Below, one piece after another: positions 45,609-62,715 of a stretch of DNA of 64,000 bases (position 1 is its first letter; each line of letters starts with the position of its first letter). The notes beneath the pieces are model-generated. The model made no database searches and was not told the origin of the DNA. It was given only the letters and a program-made list of their open reading frames with translations. This stretch comes from the human T2T-CHM13v2.0 reference genome, Homo sapiens: the NCBI RefSeq assembly GCF_009914755.1, contig NC_060944.1; one strand, given 5' to 3'. Made by a program: the position numbers and the translations under genes.

Positions 45609-48600
45609 TATTATTATTATTTTCTTTTTTGAGACAGGGTCTTGCTCTGTCTCCCAGGCTGAGTACAGCAGTGCGATCTTGGTTCACTACAGCCTCAACT
45701 TCCCAGGCTGAAGTGATCCTCCTGCCTCAGCCTCCCGAGTAGCTACCTGGGACCGCAGGTGCCACCACACCAGGCTAATTTTGTTTAGTTTTTGTAGAGA
45801 GGAAGTCTCACTATGTTTGCCAGGCTGGTCTTGAACTCCTGGACTGAAGCGATCCTCCTGCCTGGGCCTCCCAAAGTGCTGGGATTACAGACATGAGCCA
45901 CCGCACCCAGCCTTCAACAGTATTCTGATTATTATCAACATCACCATCATCCTTTGGGGGCTTTGATGTCAGGCAGGCTCTGATCAAATCCCAGTTTCTC
46001 CACTTCTTAGCTGTGTGGCCTCATGCAAGTTGCTGAGCTTCAGTTCCACCCTGCAAAATGGGAATGATAAGTGCTCCTATCTCTTGTCATTACTGTATGG
46101 CAATAGTTAATGCTCCGTATGTGCCGATAATGCAGTCCTTTGGCCTTCCCATTAGGAATTTGGGTGGCCTTTTCCTGCCCTCAGTAGATGTGATTCAGGT
46201 GAGGGAGACTCTCCCTTCTATTCCAGAAGTGGGCACATTCTCCTCACTTGAATTTCTGAATCCCTCAGGTCGATATGATTGGTTCAGGGAGCCAGAGAAA
46301 GAGAGTCTGTCTATCCTCTAGAATTGCTGGCTGGAAAAGTGGAAGCTAGGAGCTGCGGGAAACCATCTTGGGGAGAGCTGGCTTGAAGTGGAGCCAACAA
46401 GAGAGGAAGCAGAGATGAGAGATGGAGAGAGGCAGAGGACTGTTGACTCTGTTGAGCTCCTGGATCCAGCCATGCCTGAATCGGATTTACCACTGGACTT
46501 TTCATTATGTGAGCCAATAAATTCCCTTTTTTTTTTGTAGAAGAAGCCAGTTTGAGGCGGGGGTTCTGTCACTTGCAGTGATGTGTGTGGAGTCTAGTCC
46601 AGACCAGGCAGGATGGGGAATTAGAAAAGGAGATAGTCCTCTGAGGGCAGAATTATGCCTACCTAAATCAGCTTGGTATTCCAAGAGTTTTGCCCAGGCC
46701 AATGCATAGAATGGAACTCCAGAAGTATTAGGAGTTAAAAGCATAAATAGGCTGGGCCTATTTGTGCCCTATAATCCCAGTACTTTGGGAGGCCTAGGTG
46801 GGAGGTTCGCTTGAGTCCAGGAGTTCAAGAGCAACGACAACAGCCTGAACAACACAGTGAGACCCCATCTCTGCAAAAACAAAAATAAAAAATTAGCTGC
46901 GAATGGTGGTGTGCACCTGTAGTCCCAGCTACTGGGGAGGCTGAGGTAGGAGGATCGCTTGAGCCCAGGAGTTTGAGGTTGCAGTGAGCCACTGCACTCT
47001 AGTCGGGGTGACCGGGCAAAACCTCATCTCTAAAAGTAAAAAAAATAAAAATAAGAACACAAATAGAGTCTAGTGAGTATCCCTCCAGACTTCTTCTCTG
47101 TGCTTATAATAAATAGTCATATACAAACACAGAAGAATATTTTTACAAAAATGGAAGCACACTCTACATTTTCAGTTCAAACACTCCCTCCCCAGTGACC
47201 ACCCCATCTGAAGTGGCTCTGTCTCCATCATGCTTTCTTGCATGCTAGCGTTTTTCACTCCCTAAATTAACTTATTCAGAGCAGACATTTTTCTCTGTTT
47301 GCCACTGCTGTGTCATCAGTACCTTTCACAACTGGCCAAGTATCCAACACACATTTGTTGAGTAAGTATCACTCTGTAGTTTGTGTGTTTCTTTTAACTT
47401 GTAGCGAAGTAGACATGGATCTGCTTTGACCTTTGAGACGAATGCATGGAGATCTATTGATCGGATGGGCCACGTTTGTTTCCCACACTTCGTTGAAAAA
47501 TTGGGGGTGAAAAAAACTGGGAGTGAAAAAATGGCCAAACCAAAAGAAGGGTGAGTCATTCCCTCCTACCCCAAAATACAGAGGAGAGGGTGAAGAAGGA
47601 GGACCGCCCCTCCTCGCTCCAGTAAAGCCTTTAACAGGCCCATCCTGATTTACAGGGAGCGGACTTGGTTTCCTGTTCAAGAATTTCCAAGGCAAAAACA
47701 ATCCTCAAACACATGAAGATGAGGTTGGGCAAATAACTCATGGATGGTCTCAACGCTGGAGGGCAAAGTTGTTTATTAAGCTCCCGACCCTCAAAGGGAA
47801 TTACTTAAATTTTTTTCTTGATTATAAAAGTAGTATTCCAGCCTGGGCAACAAGAGCGAGACTCCATCTCAAAAAAAAAAAAAAAAAAAAAGTATTGGCT
47901 CATCACTATGAAAAAGCATTTTCAGAGAATACAGAAAAGTGTGAGGAATAGAATAAAAAACAGTCATAATTTTGGAGCATTTTGTAAGTTAGCCCATAGA
48001 TTTTTTAAATGCATACACATGTACTTAATTCTAAAGTGAACCTGTGCTATCTTTTTATTTAACAGTAATCCTAAGATTTATTGAGTATGTACAATGCATA
48101 TGCTAGTTGCTCTCTGTGTATTAATCCATTTTATATTTACAGTAGTCCTGTGTGATAAGCACTATTATTAATTCAATTTTATAGATGGGGAAACTGAGGC
48201 AGAGAGCAGTTAAGTGATTTACCCAAGATCACACAAGGTGGCCAAGCTGGAATTCAGAAACAAGTAATCTGGCTTCAAGGCCCATGACGTTAACCACTAT
48301 ACTACATTGCTAAGGCAGAGCAGAGACCCCTCCCAAGTTAATACCCATAGATATGAGTCATCCTTTTTAGTGCCTGCACTTATTCTTCTATTACTAGATA
48401 ATTGGGCTTTTTCTAGTTTCCCCCTACTAGGAAATAGAGAGAAACTTCCCTTTTGGGCTTTAAATTAGACAAGAAAATATGCGGTTAGATGTCACCACAA
48501 CTTGTACTTCTTTTTTTTTTTTTTTTTTTTTGAGACAGGGCTCGCTCTGTCACCCAGGCTGGAGTGCAGTGGTGCGATCACAGCTCACTGCAGCTTTGAC

Positions 48601-49547
48601 CTCCCAGGCTCAATCTATTCTCCCGCCTCAATCTATTCTCCCACTTCAGCCTTCTGAGTAGTTGGGACTACAAGTGCACACCACCGTGCCTGACTATTTA
48701 TTTCTCTTTTCTGTAGACATGGGGTCTCACTGTGTTGCCCAGGCTAACAACTGGTATTTCTAACCCAGGAGAAGCAACGAAGGGCTCAGCCCTACTTTGA
48801 AGCAATCGCCCCATTATGCACATATATATTGACTGGGGGAGGTTATTTTATTTAAGAAACATCCATGAAGTACTTATGTGCCAGACAGACATGGCTTCAA
48901 GAACTTCTGAATAGGCTGGGCACGGTGGCTCACGCCTGTAATCCCAACACTTTGGGAGGCCGAGGCGGGCGGATCACGAGGTCAGGAATTCGAGACCAGC
49001 CTGGCCAACATGGTGAAACCCCGTCTCTACTAAAAATACAAAAACTTAGCTGGGCGTGGTGGTGGGCGCCTGTAATTCCAGCTACTTGGGAGGCTGAGGC
49101 AGGAGAATTGCTTGAACCCAGGAGGCAGAGGTTGCAGTGCAGTGATCCGAGGTCACGCCATTGCACTCCAGCCTGGGCAACAAGAGTGAAACTCTGTCTT
49201 AAAAAAAGAAAAAAAGAAAAAAGAACTTCTGAATATTAGCTCACTTCACCCAAAAATAATACTCTGAAATACATACCAGGGAAACTGAGGCACAAGGGGG
49301 TTAACTTGCCCAACATGACAGAGGCAGTAAGTGGCAGTGCTGAGATCTGAACCCCGGAAGCTTGGCTCCAGTGTCTGGGTTCTTAACTCCCAATCAGCCT
49401 CTCTGTCTACCCCTTGGCCCAAGAGAGCTGGCCCGCCCTGGGGTACTCAAAGCAAACCCACTTTCAGCTGAGGACTGACGGCAGCAAGGTGAATATATCT
49501 ATTTTTCCTTTTAAGTGATACTCATGTATTAGCTCACAGTTCTGTAG

Positions 49548-50008
<461 letters not shown>

Positions 50009-50921
50009 TGAGCCACCCATCTCGGCCTCCCAAAGTGCTGGGATTACAGGCATGAGCCACCGCGCCCAGCCTATATCTTTTTATTTATGGCAAATATTTT
50101 AACTGTCCCACAGATTTGTCTTGAATAAGAAGCAAAGAGACGGGAAAACCCCTTAGAAACAGGTGTGTAATGGGACTTTTCTTTTGTTTCAGTTTTGGTT
50201 AAGGGCTTCGTGCTGAGGTACTGTGGCTCTCTCTAGAGACAGCTGAATGTCTGCTGAGTTAGAAAAGGGGAGACTTCCCCAAACCGTCTATGAACCCTTA
50301 GCCCATCACCTGTGTTGAGGGTGTACCGGGAAGACTTGAGGATTACTGAGGGGAAAATAGAGGTTATGGAGAAAGTTTCCCCTTCATTGAAAATGCCTGG
50401 GCAGGGTGCGGTGGCTCACGCCTGTAATCCCAGAACTTTGGGAGACCGAGGCGGGTGGATCACCTGAGATTAGGAGTTCGTGACCAGCCTGGCCAACGTG
50501 GTGAAACCCCATCTCTACTAAAAATACAAAAAATTAGCTGGGCGTGGTGGTAGGCGCATGTAATGCCAGCCACTTGGGAGGCTGAGGCAAGGAGAACCCA
50601 GGAGGCAGAGATTGCGGTGAGCCAAGATCGCGCCATTGCACTCCAGCCTGGGCAACAAGAGTGAAACTCCATCTCAAAAAAAAAAAAAAGTTTGCAAAAA
50701 TAAAAAAATAAAAAATAAATAAAGGGCCGGGGACAGTGGCTCACTCCTATAATCTCAGCACTTTGGGAGACACAGGCTGGCAGATCCCGTGAGCCAAAGA
50801 GTTCAAGACCAGCCTGAACAACATGGCGAAAACCCGCCTCTACAAAAAAATACAAAAATTAGCCAGGCACAGTGGTTGTGCCTGTAGTCTCAGCTACTTG
50901 GGAGGCTGAGGTGGAGGATCA

Positions 50922-51131
<210 letters not shown>

Positions 51132-51237
51132 TTAATCCATACTTAATGATTTATGTCAGGTGCTAGTCTAGGTACTAGACCCCCTGTGAGCCTAATGGGG
51201 ATGACAGGTCACAAGGAAGTAAATTTGAAAAAGAAAC

Positions 51238-51530
51238 AACATTGTGCTAAGTGAAAGAAGCCAGTCATAAAATGCCACAGATTTTATTCCACTTACATGA
51301 AATGTTCAGAATCCGTAAATCCATAGAGACAGAAAATAAAGTAATGACTGCCAGGGGATGGGGCAGCAGGGAGTGACTGCTGATAGGTGCAGAGGTTCTT
51401 GTTGGGGTGCCAGAAATGTTTGGGAATCAGACAGTTGTGATGGTTGCATAACATAGTGAATACACTAAAACCCACTGAATTGCACATGTTAAAATGAAGT
51501 TTTTGTTATATGAGTTGTATTTCAATATTT
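51238..51530 (+). mobile_element. L1M 3' end fragment
   Basis: gctaagtgaaagaagccagtca...atccatagagacagaaa...cactgaattgcaca. Confidence 0.75.
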
Positions 51531-51566
51531 ATTTAATTTAATTTAATTAATTAATTTATTTTTTGA

Positions 51567-51854
<288 letters not shown>

Positions 51855-52398
51855 TAATAATTTCAAATATGTTTTTTTAAAAAGGACAAAACAGAGTAAC
51901 TTCACATAATAGGTACCACGAGGACAAGAGAGTGAAATGCTGGAAGATGCAGTGGCTGGCTGGGGCAGGTGGGAGACGGCCTCAGTCAGGGTGCTTCCAT
52001 TGTATGGGATCTGAATTATGACTAGGAGGCAGCTCTATGTATATCTAGAAGGTGATAGACAAAGGAACAGCAAGTGCAAAGGTCCTGAGCTGGGGAGGAG
52101 CATGGCATGTTCAAGGAGCAGATAAGTGAGTTGGGATGCAGGGGAAAAGGGACAAGAGACCCCTTCAGGGAAAGGGAGCTGACCAAACAGGGCCTTGCAG
52201 ACTGCCAAGAGGAGTTTGGGTTTTGTTTGCAGTAAAATGGGGAGCCGTGGGATGATTTTGAGCAGAAGAGTAACATGATCTGATACATACTTCAAAAAGA
52301 CTGCTTGGGCCAGGCACCGTGGCTCATGTCTATAATCCCAGCACTTTGGGAGGCTGAGGTGGGAGAATCACTTGATTGAGCCCAGGAGTTCAAGATCA

Positions 52399-53000
<602 letters not shown>

Positions 53001-53027
53001 TGGTAGGCAGGTAGGAGTAGAAGCAGA

Positions 53028-54420
<1,393 letters not shown>

Positions 54421-55176
54421 CAAATGATGTGTCATTTGCAGAAAAAAAAATATTAAAAATACAAATAAGCAAAAGGAAAAACAATATCCATGACCCACAA
54501 TTGAGAAATAACCATTATCGAAACAATATTTCAATATGTTACTCCTGTCCTTTTTTATTTCTTGGTTTAAATCTTATTTGTATTGAGGTCATACATGCAC
54601 ATAAGTTGAAGAGTCAAATTTCTAAAAATAGGAATCCCCACTTCACTCTCTCCTCTCATTTCTGCCTCCCCAAAGATAATCACTTTGAGCTGATTTTTTG
54701 GGTATTTAACTCCATGTCTTGGAATAACATGCTTCTATCACCACTTCTTAGTTTTTCTGTTTTCAGTAAAATCTGCTTTCCCACTCTGGGCAATAAGGGT
54801 TCTGCCCTCTTTCCCTCCCCTCACCTGCCCAGCCCATGCAGAGACCCTTCCCATCCTTTATTCTCTCAATATAGTTATATGGTTATTCTTGTGAGATTGA
54901 CATTTACAGTATACATTATTGTGACTATGTAAATGCCATTCACAGCTGAGCTCCGTGGTAAACTATGATGACCTTTACTTTTCTCCTTTTCTGCAACTTT
55001 TCATTTTTCTTTTCCTTTTTTTTTTTTTTTTTGAGATGGAGTCGCCCTCTGTCGCCCAGGCTGGAGTGCAGTGGTGCGATCTAGGCTCAAGGCAACCTCC
55101 ACCTCCCAGGTTCAAGTGATTCTTCTGCCTCAGCCTCCCAAGTAGTTGAGATTACAGGTGTGTGCCACCACGCCCG

Positions 55177-55307
55177 GCCAAAACTATGATTTTTTTTTAA
55201 AGGGAGAAAGAAAAAAAGTAAGCCAAGGAAGCAAGTGTTTCTATCGGTCACCAAGTCTTAGGGTGGGGACAGTGGGGAGGACACAAGGCAGGTGAGGGTG
55301 AAGAAGG
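55177..55307 (+). repeat. Third, diverged partial copy of the duplicated segment (matches ~54093-54222), embedded in an Alu
   Basis: gccaaaactatgat...gcaagtgtttctatcggtca...gggtggggacagtg...ggtgagggtg, about 11 differences in 130 bp. Confidence 0.93.
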
Positions 55308-55745
55308 TTTTGAACTCCTGACCTCGGGTGATCTACCCACCTCGGCCTCCCAAAGTGCTGGGATTACAGCTGTGAGTCACCATGCATGGCCTGGAATCTG
55401 GATTTTTTTCACAAACTTTCTCAGAGAATTACACCTGACTCCACTGAATTCTACAAGCCCAGATTTTCTATTTTTGCTTAGTAATTCTAGTGCCTGTTAC
55501 GTGCTAAGTGGCCAGGGCCAGATTAAAATGTTAGCATCCAAAGGTATTAAAGAAATTATGCCCCACTCGTTCCCATGTATAAATCAATATGAAATGATAA
55601 TAAATAGCAAAAATACATGAAGAGGGCTGGGTGTGGTGGCTCACGCCTGTAGTCCCAGCACTACGGGAGGCCAAGGCGAGCAGATCACCTGAGGTCGGGA
55701 GTTCGAGACCAGCCTGACCAACGTGGAGAAACCCCATCTGTACTA

Positions 55746-55904
<159 letters not shown>

Positions 55905-55962
55905 TCAAAAAAAGAAAAAAAAAATACATGAGGAGAAGTCCAACAGATCTTATTTTTCCTAT

Positions 55963-56732
<770 letters not shown>

Positions 56733-56851
56733 TTCCTTGCCATAAAGCTCTTAAAATATATCCCCTTTTGGTTCTGCTTCTCTGATTGAATCCTGACTGA
56801 TATACATGGTAACCAATTTGATTCCCTGTTTAATAAAAGCATTAAAGATCA

Positions 56852-57136
<285 letters not shown>

Positions 57137-57215
57137 TTAAAATACAACAACAGGCCAGGCCTGGTGGCTCATGCCTGTAATCCCAGCACTTGGGGAGGCC
57201 AAGGCAGGCGGATCA

Positions 57216-57645
<430 letters not shown>

Positions 57646-58739
57646 CTGGTCAGGGAGGGCTTCCCTGAGGAGGGGACATTTAAGCTGAGACATGAATAAC
57701 AAGAAGACTGGAGATAGCGGGCAGAGCTGTCTAGGCAGAGACAATGGAGAGCAAAGGCAGTTTTCTCTCTAATCTTGTAACAGTCTTCTAAAGAGAAGCG
57801 TTATTAAAGAAAAAAAGAAAAAAAAATTGAGGGGGCCCTGAGGCTCTGAGGGTGCTGTAGCCTCTCAGGGTCACGGAGACTGTAGGTCCTGAGGAGGGGT
57901 TGGGAACCAGCACTGTCTGGCACCAGAATTTGTGGTGCCTTATGCTGCCTCCTTCTCGGCCTGACACAGCATTGGAGCCCAGAAACTGCATGTTGAATGG
58001 CTTTATTTACCTTCCTCGGGGAAGGACCAGGGATTTTAGATTCATTCTCAGGAATAGGTGAGAAGAGCCAAGGACTCACCCATGGGCATGAGAGCATGTT
58101 CTCTGCAGCCTCATGGTTAGTGGTAGGCCCAGAGGAGGCCAAGGGCAGTAGGCAAGACAACGGATAGAGAAGAGTAGTGAATTCCAGCTATGTGGAGTTT
58201 CCAGCTTGGCGAATTCCAGCCATGTGGGGTTTATTGGTGCTGGTAGAAAATGGTAGCCTCAAGCCCTCAGTTGACAAGTGTGGCCAGAGAGAACCCCACT
58301 CTCAATCCTTTGTAGACCAGGTCATTCCTGCCAGGCTCTGTGCTAACGGAGGAGAGTAGGTTATTAGTCCCATTTAAGAGCCAGAGAAATTAAGGCAGTG
58401 GAGAGTAGCAGGGCTACTGGTTTAAAAACACTGGCTCTGTGCCTGAATCCCAGCCTTGTCATTTGCTAGCTGTGGGACCGCAGGCAAGTGCCTTGATTTC
58501 TCTATGTCTGTGGATAATGATGGTATCTACCTCAAAGCTATGTAAAGAATTAAGGAAACAATAGCCCAACACCACACCTGCAGGAAGGAAGCAAGTTTAT
58601 TATTACTCAATAAACATTGGTGGATCCTGATGACATTCTCTCAGTCAGCTTTAGCAGTCTTAAGAGACTGCAGAGGATGGAGAACCCAAGGTTAGAGCCA
58701 GATTTCTTCTCTACCCAGTTCCTCGGGGCCAAAACCCTG

Positions 58740-59660
58740 ACACCATGCTTAACTCCTCTTTTATACGCCATAGTCCGTCAGCAAACCTTGTCTTCAGTAT
58801 GCGTCCAGGAGTCCAACCATTCCTGCCACCTCCACCGTATTACTTTCATCCAGACTGCCATCAGCTGTCACCTAGATTATTGCAAAAGCCTCCTTGCTGG
58901 CTTTGGGGCTTCCATCCTCTCTCTCTCGCCAATCCCCAGTCAACTCCCAACAGGCAGCAAAGCTTAGGTTACTTCTCAGTTCAAAACCCTTCTAGGTGTG
59001 CTAGAATTAACTGATTTATTTACTCAATGATTATTTATTATTGAGTGTCTACTATGTGCCAGGTACTGTTGTAGGCATTGCAGATAAAATGGAGAACAAA
59101 ACAGACAAAAATTTCTGCATTCATGAAGCTTCCGTTCTCATGGAGGGAGATGGTTAACAAACAAGTGTATGAGTAAAACATATGGTAGGTTAGGTGTCAT
59201 GTGGAAAAATAGTTTAGGGAAGGCGGGGGGCCTTGGATTTTAAGTAGGGTGGTCAAGGAGGTCTAACACACAAGATAAGGGTTAAATAAAAGGCCAAACG
59301 TAGGAGAGGTGGGAGCCAAAGAGCTACCCAGAAGAAGAGCATTCTAGATAAAGGCTCAGTAAGTGCAACGGTGGAAGTATTCCTGGTGAGTCTGGGACAA
59401 TAGTGGAAAGTCAAAGTGTGTGGGAGGGGAGATATAGAGCCCCATGCCCCCCTCCCACACACTTCAGAGGGGAAAAGGGGGCAGGATTGAGTCCTGTACA
59501 TTCCCCACGTTTTTTTTTTCTCTGGAGATTGGAAGCCATTGGAGGGTCTAAGCAGAGGAGTGATGAGTTAAGCTGCTGTGTGGAAGTCCGTAAGGAACAG
59601 GGGTGAGTCAGAGACCCTGAATGGAGCCGTTGCAATTATCCAGATGAGATAGAGTGCCTT
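58740..59660. mobile_element. L2 fragments upstream of the promoter
   Basis: cacctagattattgcaaaagcctcc, ttattgagtgtctactatgtgccaggtactg, gaagccattggaggg...agcagaggagtga. Confidence 0.6.
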
Positions 59661-60149
59661 GGATCAGGAAGGGAGGTAGCAACAGAAGCGGCCAATAAAG
59701 TTCAAAGTCCTCAGCCCCAGTCCTCCCGATGGGGGTCTCACCTACCCCTCTCACCTCACCTTGTTCCTCCCTGCATCCCCACCCCACCGGTCACTGCTAG
59801 GCACATAGAAGCATCTACTAAGCATGTGGTGAATCAATGAACCCCTTAATGAATGGTCCACCCCTAGATCATCAGCATCCTTTTTAACGCTAGGCATATA
59901 GTCTGAACTCAACACATGTTTACAGATGGAATGCTGCACAGTCCTGCCAAGTCCAGGCGGTTATTCCTCTCCACAGCCGAAGGAAACTAAGGCTCGGGTG
60001 GGGAAGTGTCCCCCTGGGGTCTCTCCGCTTAGGCTGCAGGCTGGGCATCCTTTTTCAAACTCTTTTAGCACAGCGAAGTCGAGGGCACTGGGTGGAGGGT
60101 GCTTGCTTGCCCTCAGGGTGAGTCACAGTGACCTCAGAGGAGTTTCCCC

Positions 60150-60850
60150 AAAACGTCCCCGCCCTGTGATGGGGAAAAGCCGGAATCTCTCGGTCCCAGG
60201 TGGTCATGTGGCCCAGGCCGGACAAGCGTCCCGAAAGCCCCGGGAGAGACTAAGAAGCAATCCTCCCACGCGCTTTCTCCCACCCTCGGGCCACTGAGAC
60301 GGAGGGACGGAGGGACAGAGGGCCGCCCTCGCGCGGCCGAGGCCCCGCCTCCCGCTCGCCCGCCCGCGCCTCCAGCGGAAGCCGGAAGCAAAAGCGGGTC
60401 CTGCTAGCCCCGCGGCTCCGAACTCGGTGGTCCTGGAAGCTCCGCAGGATGGGGGAGAAGATGGCGGAAGAGGAGTGAGTGGGCTTTTTCCCGGGCGGCG
60501 GAGGCGGCGGGGCTGGGCCCCGGCGGGTGACAGCGAGCGCCTCAGGCCGCCCTCCGGCCCCGGAAGGCGGAGCTTCTTTTGCTGGTTGGCCAGGACTGAC
60601 CAAGCCGGTGCCTACGAGGAGGGCGGGATGGGCGGGCCTGGGCCCAGGTGGGCCTTGCTTTCCCCTGGAGATCGGTCCCTCGAGCTGGGAATCTACTGCC
60701 CAGCGCAGGCCCGGAGAGCTGTCTTGCGGAAAATACAAACCATATTTACTTTCCCAGTTTTCGGTAATCTCATGGTTACTGAGCCCTCTTCCGCCTCCTC
60801 CAGGAAGTCGTCCGGGTTCTCCACACCCACCTCCTACGTAGCCAGTCGCC
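60150..60850 (+). promoter_or_regulatory. SLC9A8: CpG island / TATA-less promoter of SLC9A8
   Basis: Only dense CpG/GC-rich tract in the window. GC boxes (ccccgcctcc ~60343, cccgccc ~60359), tandem ETS motifs gcggaagccggaagc 60375-60389, YY1-type AAGATGGCGG 60458-60467. Confidence 0.9.
60449..60474 (+). CDS. SLC9A8: SLC9A8/NHE8 exon 1 coding part (MGEKMAEE + GA, phase 2)
   Basis: aggATGg in strong Kozak context inside a CpG island. Followed by donor GA|gtgagt at 60475. Splices in frame to exon 2 to give the recognised NHE8 N-terminus MGEKMAEEERFPNTT. Confidence 0.95.
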
Positions 60851-61052
60851 TCCTGTATAACGATCAGTTTTCATGTCTTTCTCCTTCACTAAGTTTCATT
60901 TAGTCATTAACTGTTAGCCATCTACTCAATTCCAGGCCCTGGGCAGGTGGTAGGAAAGGAGGCCGACCAGGAGCCGCTCTCTGGGAGCTTCCATTCTAGT
61001 GGGAAAAGAAGACCATAATTAGTCAAGGTGGTTTCAGATCGTGATTAATTAA

Positions 61053-61192
61053 CGTTATTTGTGCCTAGTGTTCCATTATTGGAACGCTAAGCATGTGGGA
61101 GTTATTTATATCCTACTGCTCAAGGTCATCGCCAAGGTCTGATTTTTCTCACGTCTGCAGTTCTAAAAATTGCAACCTCTGGCATGAATGGG
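61053..61192 (+). mobile_element. MER85 piggyBac-derived MITE (PGBD3 family), 140 bp, in SLC9A8 intron 1
   Basis: TTAA on both sides (61049-52, 61193-96). Internal palindrome GTTCCATTATTGGAAC. 3' TIR ggcatgaatggg. Body matches remembered MER85 consensus. Confidence 0.9.
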
Positions 61193-62533
61193 TTAAGTGT
61201 TCTGAAGGAAGCAAAATAGAGTTAAGGTTGGGGAGTCCACTCAGGAAAAAGTGACATTCAGCAGAAACTTGAATGACCAGAATGAGGGATAGGAGAAATA
61301 ACATCAGGTTCAAAAGGCCTGGCTCAAGAAAGAGTTTAGTGCTTTTGAGTGACAGGCAGCATGGCTGGTGTGTAGAGAGGAAGGGGGTTAGCTGGACAAG
61401 GGGAGATGGGGAAGGACGGGCTGTGTCCTCCAGGTACTTTTGGGCAAGTCCAAAAGTCATCTCCATACCTGCAGGGCAGAGTCTGTTGCAGATTGTAGAT
61501 GCCCTATCACTGTTTGTGGAATGAGTATGTGAAGATGAATAAGGAACCCCTTCATTGATACTGGAGTCCTTCACCTGATAACTTTTCAAATATATTTCTT
61601 GGCCATGTGGGGGTCATTTCATGTAATCAGTTATTTATTGAGCAGCTGCTCCATCCCAGACACTAAACGGCCTCAGCAGCACAAAATAAAAGAGGCAATA
61701 TAGCCCAGCGATTTCAAGTTTGGGTTTTCAGCTTGATTCTGCCACTAACTGAGATGTTGGTGAAGTTTTGCAACCTCCCTGAGCCTTAGTTATGCATGAG
61801 TAAAAAACGGAAAGTAATCATACCCAATCAGACATGTTATACCTATTAAATGAGAGGTAGTGTGTTACCTAGTTCCTGGAATAAAGCAGTGCTCAGAAAA
61901 TAATAACTTTTGTAGTCACAGTAACAGTTATTATAGCAATATTGTACTAGTTCACAATCCCAGCACAGTGTGAAAGAGCTGTGGGAACATACGCAGTGGA
62001 GTGGGTAAATTCGGGTGTGGTAAGATGGGGTAATAGGAGGTGACATTTGAGCCGTTTGAAATCTGAGAGGGATTTTGTAAAGTAGGGTAGGGCATGCCCA
62101 GATCAACAACTGGGCAAATTGAGGTGGCTTCTTCAACTTGCAGAAATAATGCCAGGAAAATAATGTAAATTGGAGAAACAAAGGTGCTAAGTAAACAGTG
62201 TTGGACCTTGGAAAGTGATGAGACTCCAGTTTGCCTCCCTTTAAATCCCCCAGTATTTGCCAAAGAGCAGGCAGCATTTCATTTCTATACTAGCTCTGAT
62301 TCCCTACCGTTCTTGTCCTCTAAGTGGCTGTATTCAAAAGCACCAGAGGCCACTGGTACCCTTGTGCTGTGCAGGCAGGGATTTTCTTAGTAAGTTTCTC
62401 TCGAAGGCCTGCCTGTTAAAGACTTCTGAATCCCATAAAGTTCTTGGACAGCTTCTCTTTCTGGTGTGAGGTGTGTGAATTGATGTTTTGGGACCCTTTT
62501 CCATTATCTAATTATGCTTTCTATGTCCTCCAG

Positions 62534-62715
62534 GAGGTTCCCCAATACAACTCATGAGGGTTTCAATGTCACCCTCCACACCACCCTGGTTGTCACGACG
62601 AAACTGGTGCTCCCGACCCCTGGCAAGCCCATCCTCCCCGTGCAGACAGGGGAGCAGGCCCAGCAAGAGGAGCAGTCCAGCGGCATGACCATTTTCTTCA
62701 GCCTCCTTGTCCTAG
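62534..62715 (+). CDS. SLC9A8: SLC9A8/NHE8 coding exon 2 (182 nt)
   Basis: Pyrimidine tract and cag acceptor (62531-33). Translates RFPNTTHEGFNVTLHTTLVVTTKLVLPTPGKPILPVQTGEQAQQEEQSSGMTIFFSLLVL. Donor G|gtgaat at 62716. Two N-glycosylation sequons (NTT, NVT) precede the first hydrophobic segment. Gene continues beyond the window. Confidence 0.95.

Noticed and set aside
48608-48645. 18-bp tandem duplication within an Alu
   Set aside because: Ordinary slippage event with no evident consequence.
60427-60903. 158-aa ORF and antisense ORFs over the CpG island
   Set aside because: Stop-poor GC-rich sequence, non-ATG start, out of frame with SLC9A8 and running through the canonical donor.
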